A stretch of 64,000 bases of DNA from a bacterium (GTDB lineage: Bacteria; JAMCPX01): the NCBI GenBank assembly GCA_037439545.1, contig JBBIVV010000004.1, positions 14,887 through 78,886 on the forward strand, read 5' to 3'. The position numbers were made by a program, and so were the translations under genes. Shown here piece by piece: positions 18,578-27,825 of the stretch. Under the pieces are notes generated by a model. It was not told the origin of the DNA, made no database searches, and was given only the letters and a program-made list of their open reading frames with translations. How positions within the stretch are numbered: position 1 is the first letter of the stretch; every line of letters starts with the position of its first letter.

Positions 18578-19792
18578 ATGAAGTTTCATCTCATATTTCC
18601 AAAATGGCCGAAGTTGCCTTCGCAGACACCTTTCACCCTGCCGCCCTTAGGGATTATCACTGTGGCTGCAAGTATGCCCGATAGTGTTGAAACAAGCGTA
18701 TGCGATGAAAACGTACAACCCGTGGATTTTGACGGCAACTTTGATATTATCGGCATATCCATTATGCTGAGCTGCCAGGCACCGCGGGCTTACGAAATCG
18801 CCCATGAATTTAAAAAACGCGGCAAAACAGTCATCCTCGGGGGACTCCATGTATCGCTGCTCCCGGACGAGGCCGGCCAACACGCCGACAGTATCGTCAC
18901 CGGGGAAGTGGAGGGTCTTTTGGGGGAGATTGTCAAGGACTTCCAGGAAGGTAAGCTTAAAAAATCATACGCGGTAAAGGGTTTTCCGGATATCGCTCAG
19001 ATCCCGAACCCAAGACGGGATCTTTACGACAAAAAAAGACATTATGTGTATAAAGGATGGGAGTTGGTAGATCTTGTCCAGACGTCGCGGGGGTGCCGTT
19101 TTAATTGCTATCCATGCTGTGTGCCTTATCTGGGCGGACGCATGCACCGGATGCGTCCGATCGATCATGTCGTTTCGGACATGAAAACGTGCTCCGACCT
19201 TTTATTCATCGTCGATAATTCTCTGGAGCAGAATGTGGCATGGGAAAAGGAGGTCTTCAGGTCCATGATAGGTATGGGAAAACGCTGGGTATCGCACCCC
19301 ATCTCTCCTGTACCCGAGGTGCTGGACCTGGCACGGAAGGCAGGCTGCTGGTATATTTATCACGCCATATACACCATCTCGGACAAAATCAGAGACAGGA
19401 TAAAGATGTACCACGACTACGGCATCGGAGTGGAAGGCACCATCCTCCTCGGTATGGATGAACATACTGAAGACTTTATCAAGCGGTTCATCGATTTCCT
19501 CCTCACCATAGAGCTTGATCTCGCCGAGTTTACGGTCCTCACGCCGTTTCCAGGCACGCAGGTCTATGAACAAATGAATGCAGAAGGCAGAATATTCGAT
19601 AAAGACTGGAACCATTACAATGCCTCTACAGTGGTCATTCAGCCGCGCCGGATGAAACCGGAAACCCTCCAGAGACTGTACTATGAGGCGTGGGACAATT
19701 TTTATGCTGCCGAATCGCAGTCTGTAAAGATGAGCAGGCTCTTTTTGCAAATATACAAGGACAGGCGGAAGGGTACTCTTGAAAAGGCTTAG
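18578..19792 (+). CDS. B12-binding-domain radical SAM protein
   Basis: N-terminal cobalamin-binding-like region (IIGISIMLSCQ...KTVILGGLHVS) and radical SAM CRFNCYPC (Cx3Cx2C). Confidence 0.8.
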   Translation: MKFHLIFPKWPKLPSQTPFTLPPLGIITVAASMPDSVETSVCDENVQPVDFDGNFDIIGISIMLSCQAPRAYEIAHEFKKRGKTVILGGLHVSLLPDEAGQHADSIVTGEVEGLLGEIVKDFQEGKLKKSYAVKGFPDIAQIPNPRRDLYDKKRHYVYKGWELVDLVQTSRGCRFNCYPCCVPYLGGRMHRMRPIDHVVSDMKTCSDLLFIVDNSLEQNVAWEKEVFRSMIGMGKRWVSHPISPVPEVLDLARKAGCWYIYHAIYTISDKIRDRIKMYHDYGIGVEGTILLGMDEHTEDFIKRFIDFLLTIELDLAEFTVLTPFPGTQVYEQMNAEGRIFDKDWNHYNASTVVIQPRRMKPETLQRLYYEAWDNFYAAESQSVKMSRLFLQIYKDRRKGTLEKA

Positions 19793-19902
19793 GACGAGAC
19801 GTCCTCCCCCTGGCAAAGCTTTATTGTGCCGGCTGCTTGACAATGGAGTATATATTTTTTATAAAAATGCACAGAAGAAAACAGCAATAACGAGGAGATA
19901 GT

Positions 19903-20193
19903 ATGGTAACACAAACAAAAAAATTGACCGTCCAGGATATTCAGTTGAAGGTCTCGGAAATATTTATCAATGAACTTAAGCTTGAAGATGTGACCCCTGA
20001 GACATTGGATCCGGAACTGCACTTGATGGAGGAGCTGGGAATCGACAGCATGGATCTCATAACAGTAGTGTTAGTTCTGAAGGATGAATTCGCAGTCAAT
20101 ATTGATGAGGCTGATTATCCAAAACTTACCAATATCCGGCTTATCGCTGAGTATATTAAGGAGAAAATGGAAAATGCAAGAAGCGCCCGTTGA
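19903..20193 (+). CDS. Acyl carrier protein 1
   Basis: 96 aa with phosphopantetheine attachment motif LGIDSMDL. Confidence 0.8.
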   Translation: MVTQTKKLTVQDIQLKVSEIFINELKLEDVTPETLDPELHLMEELGIDSMDLITVVLVLKDEFAVNIDEADYPKLTNIRLIAEYIKEKMENARSAR

Positions 20194-20464
20194 CAAATTG
20201 CCCGTTGACAAATTGATAGATGAACTGAAAAGAAAGGTTCTCGATATCCTCAATATTCAGGATATCGGCCTGAGCGACATAGACACCAATTCTCCCCTGG
20301 TGGGGAGTAATTTAGGCATTGATTCTATCGATATCCTGGAACTTGTCACTGTCATCGAACATGATTACGGGGTAAAAATAGATAATAAAGAGTTGGGCGA
20401 GAAGGTATTCGCCTCATTTGCCTCTCTGGCACAATATATAGCAGACAATAGGACTCTCATTTGA
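20174..20464 (+). CDS. Acyl carrier protein 2 (overlaps ACP1 by 20 nt, different frame)
   Basis: Start at ATG 20174 (MQEAPVDK...) after AAGGAG. Motif LGIDSIDILE. The ORF track begins further upstream at 20084. Confidence 0.75.
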   Translation: MQEAPVDKLPVDKLIDELKRKVLDILNIQDIGLSDIDTNSPLVGSNLGIDSIDILELVTVIEHDYGVKIDNKELGEKVFASFASLAQYIADNRTLI

Positions 20465-20465
20465 T

Positions 20466-22637
20466 GTGTCCATGATGACACCTGAAGGCATTTTCATCAC
20501 AGGTCTCGGCATCATTAGTCCTCTGGGAAAAGGCCGGCTCTCAACAGTCAGTTCGTTAAAAAATTCATTCTGCGGCATTCACAACGTCAATGTGTTCACG
20601 GTAGCTCCGGACCAGCTCATGCCTGTTGCGGATGTTTCCATCCCTTTCGAAGTTGAGCCCGGAGTCCCGAGGACCCATGCACTTGCACTCGCAGCAGCAC
20701 GCGATGCAATGGAAGGCAAAAACTGTATACCGGACGCCGTGATTATGGGAGTTACAACCGGAGGAATGCCGAAAAGCGAGGTGTTGCTTAAATCAAAGGT
20801 CAGGATCCCTCAGGAGTATACCTATCATGGGGCAGGTACTATCGCCACTTATTTAGCAGAGCATTTCTCGTGTCAGGGACCGGCATTAACCATATCGACC
20901 GCGTGTTCCAGCGGCACGGCAGCCATTATAATAGCACGGGAACTGATCCGGCATGGAAAGGCAGAAAAGGTGCTCGTCGGTGGAGCAGATGCGCTCTGTC
21001 TGTTTACCTATTTCGGGTTTTTTTCGTTGCAGTTAATGGATGCCAGGGGTGCGCGTCCTCTGGACAAGGATCGGGCAGGCATGTCACTGGGTGAAGGTGC
21101 TGCCGTACTCTTTATCGAAAAGTCACAGAGTCCGCCGCCAGGCTCTATCGCACAGATTCTTGGCGGTGGTATTTCCTGCGATGCCTATCATCCGACCGCG
21201 CCGCATCCTGCGGGTGACGGTGCGGTGAAAGCCATGCGCGGGGCCATTGCAGACGCAGGCATCTCGGTCGGCGATATTGAATATGTAAACCTCCACGGGA
21301 CAGCGACACAGGATAACGATGCTTCGGAGGCTATTGCCATCCGGACATTGTTCGGTGACCGGTTCCCCGCACTATCTTCCACCAAAGGTATGACGGGTCA
21401 TTCTCTCGGCGCATCCGGTGCAGTCGAATGTGCCCTCTGTTCATTGTCCGTGTCAGAAGGAATAATCCCGGGGACAATAGGCTGCACGAACCTTGATACA
21501 AAACTCGGAATACCGGCTGTGCTGCACCCGGAAAATCATCCGGTAAGAATTGCCCTCTCCAATTCTTTCGGTTTCGGCGGCAATAATGCCTCTGTGGTAA
21601 TCGGTTCTGCGGACCTACGGCCGCCTGAGCGGCCGCTTATGCATGTCCGGAGCCTGAATGTTATCGGACTTGCTTGTTTAACCGGTGCCGGAGGTGCGGA
21701 TGCCTCTTTCCAAAAATTTTCACAGGGCGATTCTCTCTCCGGGACACTGAGCGATGAAGAGATATCCAGAGACCTTCCCCAGAGACAAATCAGGCGCCTC
21801 AAGAGACTTCCCCGTATGGCACTTGCCCTGGCAAACGCAGCCAGAAAGGATGCCGGTGATAAATTTCACCCTTCCTCGATTTTTTTCGGTACAGGATGGG
21901 GCCCCTTATCCGAGACCTATGACTTTCTTACAAAACTTTTCGGATCCGACATGAGATTTTTCAGCCCGACGGATTTTATCAATTCCGTGCACAATGCACC
22001 GGCGGGCCAGGTGGCCATGGAGTTTAAGGCAATGGGAACGAACCTTACGGCAACAGGCGGGGATTATTCCTTTGAGCAGGCACTTTTGATGGCAAGCCTT
22101 CTGGCCTCGGAAAAGGAAGAGCTCATGCTCTTCGGGGCAGACGAGATGCATCCGGAACTGTCCCCCCTCTTTGATCCCTCGGTCCCCGGTGAGAGAATTC
22201 CCTCTGACGGCGGCGGGGCACTTATGGCAGTGGCAACGACCTCTCCCTCGGGTCCTGCGATAACACCGGTTGTATATCGAATGGCTGCGAAGGATTCCGG
22301 GTGGGCGATAATGAATGACCTCAAGGTTACCGACTTCCATAAACATTATGCTGCTATTTTTGCAGGGATCCCTTCAGCGTATGAAAAAATGGCCGGAGAT
22401 CAGTTAACGGATTTTCTTTCCTCTTCAAAATTTAATGGGCCTGTTATTCACTACCGGAAGTACACAGGTCAATATGCAACATCATCTGCTGTTGCTGCTG
22501 CTCTGGCAGTCAAAATCATACAGCAGGGTTTTCTTCCTGCGGGTTTGACGCACGCCGACGAAGTTTCTCTGGGAGAGAAAGGGATTCTGGTCATGGGTTT
22601 TGGTCCTTATTGCACAGCCGTCGACATCCGTAACTGA
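20466..22637 (+). CDS. Fused ketosynthase - chain-length-factor-like didomain protein (KS-CLF)
   Basis: The N-terminal ~380 aa form an active KS (TACSSGTAAI, HGTATQDND, GHSLGASG). The C-terminal ~340 aa form a second KS fold (IRRLKRLPRMALALANAARKDAG...) in which the active Cys position reads TATGGDYS, with no Cys. Confidence 0.8.
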   Translation: MSMMTPEGIFITGLGIISPLGKGRLSTVSSLKNSFCGIHNVNVFTVAPDQLMPVADVSIPFEVEPGVPRTHALALAAARDAMEGKNCIPDAVIMGVTTGGMPKSEVLLKSKVRIPQEYTYHGAGTIATYLAEHFSCQGPALTISTACSSGTAAIIIARELIRHGKAEKVLVGGADALCLFTYFGFFSLQLMDARGARPLDKDRAGMSLGEGAAVLFIEKSQSPPPGSIAQILGGGISCDAYHPTAPHPAGDGAVKAMRGAIADAGISVGDIEYVNLHGTATQDNDASEAIAIRTLFGDRFPALSSTKGMTGHSLGASGAVECALCSLSVSEGIIPGTIGCTNLDTKLGIPAVLHPENHPVRIALSNSFGFGGNNASVVIGSADLRPPERPLMHVRSLNVIGLACLTGAGGADASFQKFSQGDSLSGTLSDEEISRDLPQRQIRRLKRLPRMALALANAARKDAGDKFHPSSIFFGTGWGPLSETYDFLTKLFGSDMRFFSPTDFINSVHNAPAGQVAMEFKAMGTNLTATGGDYSFEQALLMASLLASEKEELMLFGADEMHPELSPLFDPSVPGERIPSDGGGALMAVATTSPSGPAITPVVYRMAAKDSGWAIMNDLKVTDFHKHYAAIFAGIPSAYEKMAGDQLTDFLSSSKFNGPVIHYRKYTGQYATSSAVAAALAVKIIQQGFLPAGLTHADEVSLGEKGILVMGFGPYCTAVDIRN

Positions 22638-22644
22638 GGCAGTT

Positions 22645-24120
22645 ATGCGTTTAACAGATCATATAATTATTATAGGTTCGGGTATCGGAGGAATGACCGC
22701 TGCAATCGTTCTTGCAAAACTGGGATACCGTGTGACTGTCGTCGAAAAAAACAAACGCCCCGGCGGCCTGATGAGGAGTTATATTCGGGAAGGCGTCGAA
22801 TGCGAAGTCGGGCTCCACTATGTCGGCGCAATGGACACAGGCCAGCCTTTGCGGCAGATCTTCGATCTCCTCGGTATATCGGGGCGTATACCTGCCGTAC
22901 GCATGGGAGAAGACGGGATTGTCGATAAATATATTCTACCCGGGATGGTGTTCGACTTCCCCCCCGGCATTGATATGTTCGAAGAGAACCTTCATAAGGC
23001 TTTCCCTGAAGAAGGCCGCCGGATAGCGGAGATTGCCGCCCTAATCCGCAATGCAATTGTACGCTTTTCCGCTTTGTCAATTTTTTTCGGGGAAAAAGAA
23101 GAGTTTGATCTTTCATGGGAACTACAGCCTGTGGAGAATTACTTTAATAAACTCGGATGTTCCCTGAAATTGCGCAGTATCCTTTCTGTTCCGCTGGCTT
23201 GGCTTGGTGTGGGACCCGGGGAGTGCCCCATGTACCTATGGAGTTCTTCGATATCATCATACCTGATGTCCTCCTGGCGCCTGCCGCAGGGAGGTGCACA
23301 TTTGGCGGATACACTTGCAGAAAGGCTGCGGGGGCTTGGCGGGGAAATCATTTGTAATGACGGAGTCTCCAGGATAACCGTACGTGATCATGCAGTACAG
23401 GGAGTGGTCCTGAAATCCGGGAGAGAATTGGCTTCTTCAGTGATTATAGCGGCAATTCATCCAAAATTAATGCTCCGAATGCTTCCCGCTGATTCTTATA
23501 AACCTTCCTTTAAAAACAGGATCTCATCGCTTCAGGAGACTCCGGGAATATTTGCCGCGCACATCGCAATTCCCGAACAAGAGGTTTCTTACAAACCGTA
23601 TAATATCTTTGCCTTTGATGCGGACAATACCGTGCACGGCGGAGTGACATTTTTTACTATGAAGAAATCTTCCAAGCCCGGGTGGAACTGTATTTCCATC
23701 CTTGAAGAAAGTCCTTATGAAAAGTGGCAGTCCTGGGAAAACACCACAAGGAAACACCGCCCTCAGGATTACAGGGATGCCAAGGATCGGGAGACCGGTA
23801 TTCTTTTGAATAAAGCTTTGAAAATCTTCGGTCATATGCAGGGGGCGCAGGTCGTGGATTCTTTTACCCCGTTATCGTTCTGTGACTGGATGGATAGCCC
23901 GCAGGGGGGTGCCTATGGTGTGAGTCATTCTGTCAGACAGAAGTTTAAAACTGCGGCACTGCACAGGACGCCTCTGTCGGGATTGCACGTGGTGGGACAG
24001 AGCGTTTTTGCCCCGGGTATACTGGGCACTGCTTTGGGAACGCTCCGGGTCATTGCTTCTCTTGTCGGATACGATACTCTGCATCAAAAATTTATTGACT
24101 CACGGGAAGAGGGGATTTAA
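22645..24120 (+). CDS. FAD-dependent oxidoreductase, phytoene-desaturase (CrtI)/amine-oxidase-like
   Basis: Dinucleotide-binding IIIIGSGIGGMTAAIVLAKLGYRVTVVEKN plus the long CrtI-like body. Start at ATG 22645, 8 nt after the KS-CLF stop. Confidence 0.75.
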   Translation: MRLTDHIIIIGSGIGGMTAAIVLAKLGYRVTVVEKNKRPGGLMRSYIREGVECEVGLHYVGAMDTGQPLRQIFDLLGISGRIPAVRMGEDGIVDKYILPGMVFDFPPGIDMFEENLHKAFPEEGRRIAEIAALIRNAIVRFSALSIFFGEKEEFDLSWELQPVENYFNKLGCSLKLRSILSVPLAWLGVGPGECPMYLWSSSISSYLMSSWRLPQGGAHLADTLAERLRGLGGEIICNDGVSRITVRDHAVQGVVLKSGRELASSVIIAAIHPKLMLRMLPADSYKPSFKNRISSLQETPGIFAAHIAIPEQEVSYKPYNIFAFDADNTVHGGVTFFTMKKSSKPGWNCISILEESPYEKWQSWENTTRKHRPQDYRDAKDRETGILLNKALKIFGHMQGAQVVDSFTPLSFCDWMDSPQGGAYGVSHSVRQKFKTAALHRTPLSGLHVVGQSVFAPGILGTALGTLRVIASLVGYDTLHQKFIDSREEGI

Positions 24121-24137
24121 AGGATTGAAGAACTCTT

Positions 24138-25691
24138 ATGAAGAAAAAACATATACACAATAAATCCGTTCAGAAGCCTGTCGTCATCGGAGAAGGTGAT
24201 GTCACGCTCGTTCAGGTAGCAGATATCGCACGCGGCGTGTCCCGCGTTGCGATCAGTTCTCAAAAGAATTTTATCGACAAGATACGGCTGTCTCAAAAAA
24301 CTCTGCAGCGTGTTCTCGATGCCGACGAGCCGATATACGGCGTAACGACCGGATACGGTGCGGCATGCGGCAACAGGATTAAGAAGCACAATACGGAAGA
24401 ACTTGGCAGCAATCTCATAAAATATCACGGCTGCGGCACCGGTGCTCCTTTAGGCATAGAGGAGACGCGTGCGTCTATCGTGGCCAGACTGGTATGCTTT
24501 GCGCGAGGATACTCGGGTGTTTCCGTCAATCTGATGCAGGCCATGGCGGACTTGCTCAATAAAGGTATTACTCCTATCGTCCCGTCTATGGGATCTGTCG
24601 GCGCATCAGGGGACCTCACCCCGATGTCGTATATTGCAGCATGTCTGTCCGGAGACAGGGATGTCCTGTATAAAGGGCGCAGGATGAGCTCAAAAAAAGC
24701 CTTGTCTCAGGCCGGACTATCCCCCTACCGTTTTCTCCCGAAAGAACCTCTCGGTATGATCAACGGGACATCGGTAATGACAGGGATTGCCGTAATCGCT
24801 CTCAAGAAGAGCAGGGTTATCGTTGATATGGCAATGGCGGCAACCGCACTCGCACTCCATGCCCTCATGGGACATGAAAGGCATTTTCATCCGACCGTGG
24901 TCAATTCAAAGCCTCATCCGGGACAGCAACTGGCAGGGGAACGGCTGCGGAATATTTTATCTTCAATAGATCGGCCGCCGGAATCGGACAAGCAGGATCA
25001 TTTTCAGGACCCGTATTCCATTCGCTGCGCTCCCCAGATCATCGGCGTTGCGTACGACGCCCTTGATTGGGCCGAGGAATGGGTCCAGAGAGAGGTAAAC
25101 AGTTCCAACGACAATCCGCTTGCAGACGGCGACCATAAAGAGGTTTTCATGGGCGGTAATTTTTATGGCGGACATATAGCGTTTGCCATGGATGCACTGA
25201 AGAGTGCCCTTGCATCGGTTGCCGATATGATAGACCGTCAGATGGCGCTTTTGGTGGACCAGCGGTACAACCGCGGGCTTCCGGCAAACCTCGTGAAAGT
25301 GAAAGGGGGCAAACAACTGCTCAATCACGGGTTCAAAGGCATGCAGATAACTGCGTCAGCTTTAGCCGCAGAGGCTTTGAAAAACACCATGCCTGCTGCA
25401 TCCTTTTCAAGGTCAACCGAATCTCACAATCAGGACAAGGTGAGTATGGGTACCATTTCAGCGAGGGATGCTGCATGGCAATGCGAATTGGTGGGCCGTG
25501 TTGTCGCCATACATCTCATGGCTGCGGTCCAGGCATGCGAATTGAGAGGCGGCTTGAACGGAAGGCCTGTGCTTGCTTCGCTCGCAAAAGAAGTTCGGAA
25601 AAAAGTCAGGGCAACGGTTTTCGATCGTCCGATGGATAAGGACATTGAAGTTCTTGCAGATGCACTGCCGGAGCTGGTGCGTTCCCTATGA
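24138..25691 (+). CDS. MIO-dependent aromatic amino acid ammonia-lyase (HAL/PAL/TAL family)
   Basis: 517 aa with Ala-Ser-Gly MIO triad in GASGDLTPMSYIAA and conserved YGVTTGYG, NGTS, NDNPL motifs. Confidence 0.85.
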   Translation: MKKKHIHNKSVQKPVVIGEGDVTLVQVADIARGVSRVAISSQKNFIDKIRLSQKTLQRVLDADEPIYGVTTGYGAACGNRIKKHNTEELGSNLIKYHGCGTGAPLGIEETRASIVARLVCFARGYSGVSVNLMQAMADLLNKGITPIVPSMGSVGASGDLTPMSYIAACLSGDRDVLYKGRRMSSKKALSQAGLSPYRFLPKEPLGMINGTSVMTGIAVIALKKSRVIVDMAMAATALALHALMGHERHFHPTVVNSKPHPGQQLAGERLRNILSSIDRPPESDKQDHFQDPYSIRCAPQIIGVAYDALDWAEEWVQREVNSSNDNPLADGDHKEVFMGGNFYGGHIAFAMDALKSALASVADMIDRQMALLVDQRYNRGLPANLVKVKGGKQLLNHGFKGMQITASALAAEALKNTMPAASFSRSTESHNQDKVSMGTISARDAAWQCELVGRVVAIHLMAAVQACELRGGLNGRPVLASLAKEVRKKVRATVFDRPMDKDIEVLADALPELVRSL

Positions 25692-26113
25692 CAGAAGCTG
25701 CTCTGCGGACATACTCCGTCAGACTCCGTGTGCCGTTCCACCATGTCGATCCAATGCAGGTCGTGTGGCATGGACATTACTTCGAATATTTTGAGGCAGC
25801 AAGGGACGGGCTGTTTGAAAGCCTGAACATCAATCTCGAAAGTTTCTATCCGAGCGATGGATACATCTTTCCCGTGATCCGCGGTTCGATAAAATTTATC
25901 CGCCCCCTCCGCTATAAAGATGTGTTTGTATGTACCGCGCGGGCTGCAGATGCAAAACGGAAAATAGTAATCGAGTATGAAATCAAATTGGAGTCCACCG
26001 ATACCCTGTGCACCAGGGGCAGTACGGAACAGATTGTTTTAAAGATGCCGGAAGCACAAATCGAATATGAAATCCCGAAGCTAATCCGCGAGGCAATACG
26101 TCCACACTTATGA
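25688..26113 (+). CDS. 4HBT-family hot-dog thioesterase
   Basis: 141 aa with VPFHHVDPMQVVWHGHYFEYFE. ATGA overlap with the lyase stop. Confidence 0.75.
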   Translation: MTEAALRTYSVRLRVPFHHVDPMQVVWHGHYFEYFEAARDGLFESLNINLESFYPSDGYIFPVIRGSIKFIRPLRYKDVFVCTARAADAKRKIVIEYEIKLESTDTLCTRGSTEQIVLKMPEAQIEYEIPKLIREAIRPHL

Positions 26114-27825
26114 CCGGTGACTTTTTTGATGCACTGAGGGCCGGCATTGAAAGAATTGCTGCATGGTCGGATCTTTTGGATAGTATCAATGTGTTCCCCA
26201 TTGCAGACGGAGATACAGGACGCAACCTGCTCATCAGCCTCTTACCCTTAAAATCATCTCTACGCGATCGCTCTTGTCTCATTGAAAAGCTTTTTCTTTC
26301 TGCCAGAGGCAATTCCGGCAATATTGCCGCGCATTTTTTTTCCGGATTCCTGTCTTCCGGGGACATTGCACGGCTTCCGGAAGCCGTCAGGGCAGGCAGA
26401 AGGCTTGCGTGGCAGGCTGTTGCCGATCCGCAGCCGGGAACCATGCTCAGTGTGTTTGACGAGCTGGAGATCTCCCTCGGTGAATCTTCTCTGGACGATC
26501 GCGGAGCATGGGTTTCCGGTGTAGTGAAGAGATTGGAAAAATCCGTACTGGAAACGACACGGACACTGCCGGTATTAAAGAGCACGGATGTCGTTGATTC
26601 AGGGGCACTGGGCATGTTTATGTTCTTCGATGCCTTTCTGAATGCCCTGTACACAAGAGCTCCCCAATGTGCGCCGCTCACTGCTGTATTCAGGGATCAT
26701 CTTGCCCTCAAAGGACCCTGGACAGGCACCGGGGAATCCGGCGTCTGTATCGATGCGGTCGTGAAATTAAAAAACGGCAGAAAAGGACCGCTCGGGGATC
26801 TGTCGCGGCTCGGAGAAAGTGTGGTTGCCCATGAACTTGGAGGACAGGTTAAGATACATTTTCATACAAAAGACCAGTCTGCTGTCAGGGAGGAACTGTC
26901 CCGTATGGGCAGCATCGTCCAGTGGGTATCCGATGATCTGGGGGTCCAGACCAGGACATTTTCCCCGGAACCCGTCCATCAGGCGATCCATGTCGTAACG
27001 GACGCTGCAGGCAGTCTCACGCGCGACGATGCCAGACAGCTCCATATAACTCTTTTGGACAGCTATATTGCCGTGGGCACGACTGATGCTCCGGAGACCC
27101 ATGTCCGGGGTTCTGAAATGTACCGTGCCATGAACAAGGGTATTAAGGTGACCACGTCCCAGGCATCCGTACTCGAGCGTCATCAGCATTACGAAAAAAT
27201 ATTGAGCCTGTACAATACGGCTCTCTACATATGCGTGGGCTCTGTTTTTACAGGGAACTACCGCACGGTCATGGATTGGAAGAAAGGTCATGACCCGGAA
27301 GACCGTCTCAAAGTCATCGACACAGGGGCTGCTTCAGGAAAACTGGGCCTCATTGCTCTCGCAACGGCACGGTATGCCCGGAGTGCTCCAACCGGGAAAG
27401 ATGTCGTGGATTTTGCCGTGCGTTCCGTAGCCGCTTGTGAGGAGTACATCTTTTTAGACACGCTGCATTTCCTCGCTGCAGGCGGGCGGCTGTCAAAAAC
27501 CAGCGCACTATTCGGAGACATGCTGCGAATGAAACCCGTGGTCAGCCCCTTTGCAGAGGGCGCAAAAAAAGTGGCAGTGGTGCGGAATAAAAAAGAACAG
27601 GCCGCTTTTGCTTTGGAAAAACTCGAAAAGGCCTTTCATGCCGGGGACCGTCCGCTTATTATGCTGGAATATACGGACAACGAAGAATGGATAAAGAACG
27701 ACATCACTGCTTTGATAAGCAGCAGGTTCCCGCATGCAGAGATAATCATACAGGCTTTTTCCCTTACTTCGGGCGCACATATGGGCCCCGGAACATGGGG
27801 CATTGCCTTCCTCCCCGCTCTCTGA
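26110..27825 (+). CDS. DAK2-domain kinase, FakA/YloV-like (fatty-acid-kinase A family), with DegV/Dak1-like (EDD-fold) C-terminal domain
   Basis: N-terminal Dak2 motif FPIADGDTGRNL. C-terminal VVTDAAGSLTRDDARQLHITLLDSYIAVG resembles DegV/Dak1_2 EDD-fold domains. 571 aa matches YloV length. Confidence 0.7.
   Translation: MTGDFFDALRAGIERIAAWSDLLDSINVFPIADGDTGRNLLISLLPLKSSLRDRSCLIEKLFLSARGNSGNIAAHFFSGFLSSGDIARLPEAVRAGRRLAWQAVADPQPGTMLSVFDELEISLGESSLDDRGAWVSGVVKRLEKSVLETTRTLPVLKSTDVVDSGALGMFMFFDAFLNALYTRAPQCAPLTAVFRDHLALKGPWTGTGESGVCIDAVVKLKNGRKGPLGDLSRLGESVVAHELGGQVKIHFHTKDQSAVREELSRMGSIVQWVSDDLGVQTRTFSPEPVHQAIHVVTDAAGSLTRDDARQLHITLLDSYIAVGTTDAPETHVRGSEMYRAMNKGIKVTTSQASVLERHQHYEKILSLYNTALYICVGSVFTGNYRTVMDWKKGHDPEDRLKVIDTGAASGKLGLIALATARYARSAPTGKDVVDFAVRSVAACEEYIFLDTLHFLAAGGRLSKTSALFGDMLRMKPVVSPFAEGAKKVAVVRNKKEQAAFALEKLEKAFHAGDRPLIMLEYTDNEEWIKNDITALISSRFPHAEIIIQAFSLTSGAHMGPGTWGIAFLPAL

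Noticed and set aside
19202-19843. 213-aa minus-strand ORF inside the B12-radical SAM gene
   Set aside because: Antisense to a confidently called gene; no motifs.
26110-27825. Interpretation as a novel DAK2-DegV gene fusion
   Set aside because: Length (571 aa) and domain order match the standard FakA/YloV architecture, whose own C-terminal domain is EDD-fold and DegV/Dak1-like. Called FakA-like rather than a new fusion.
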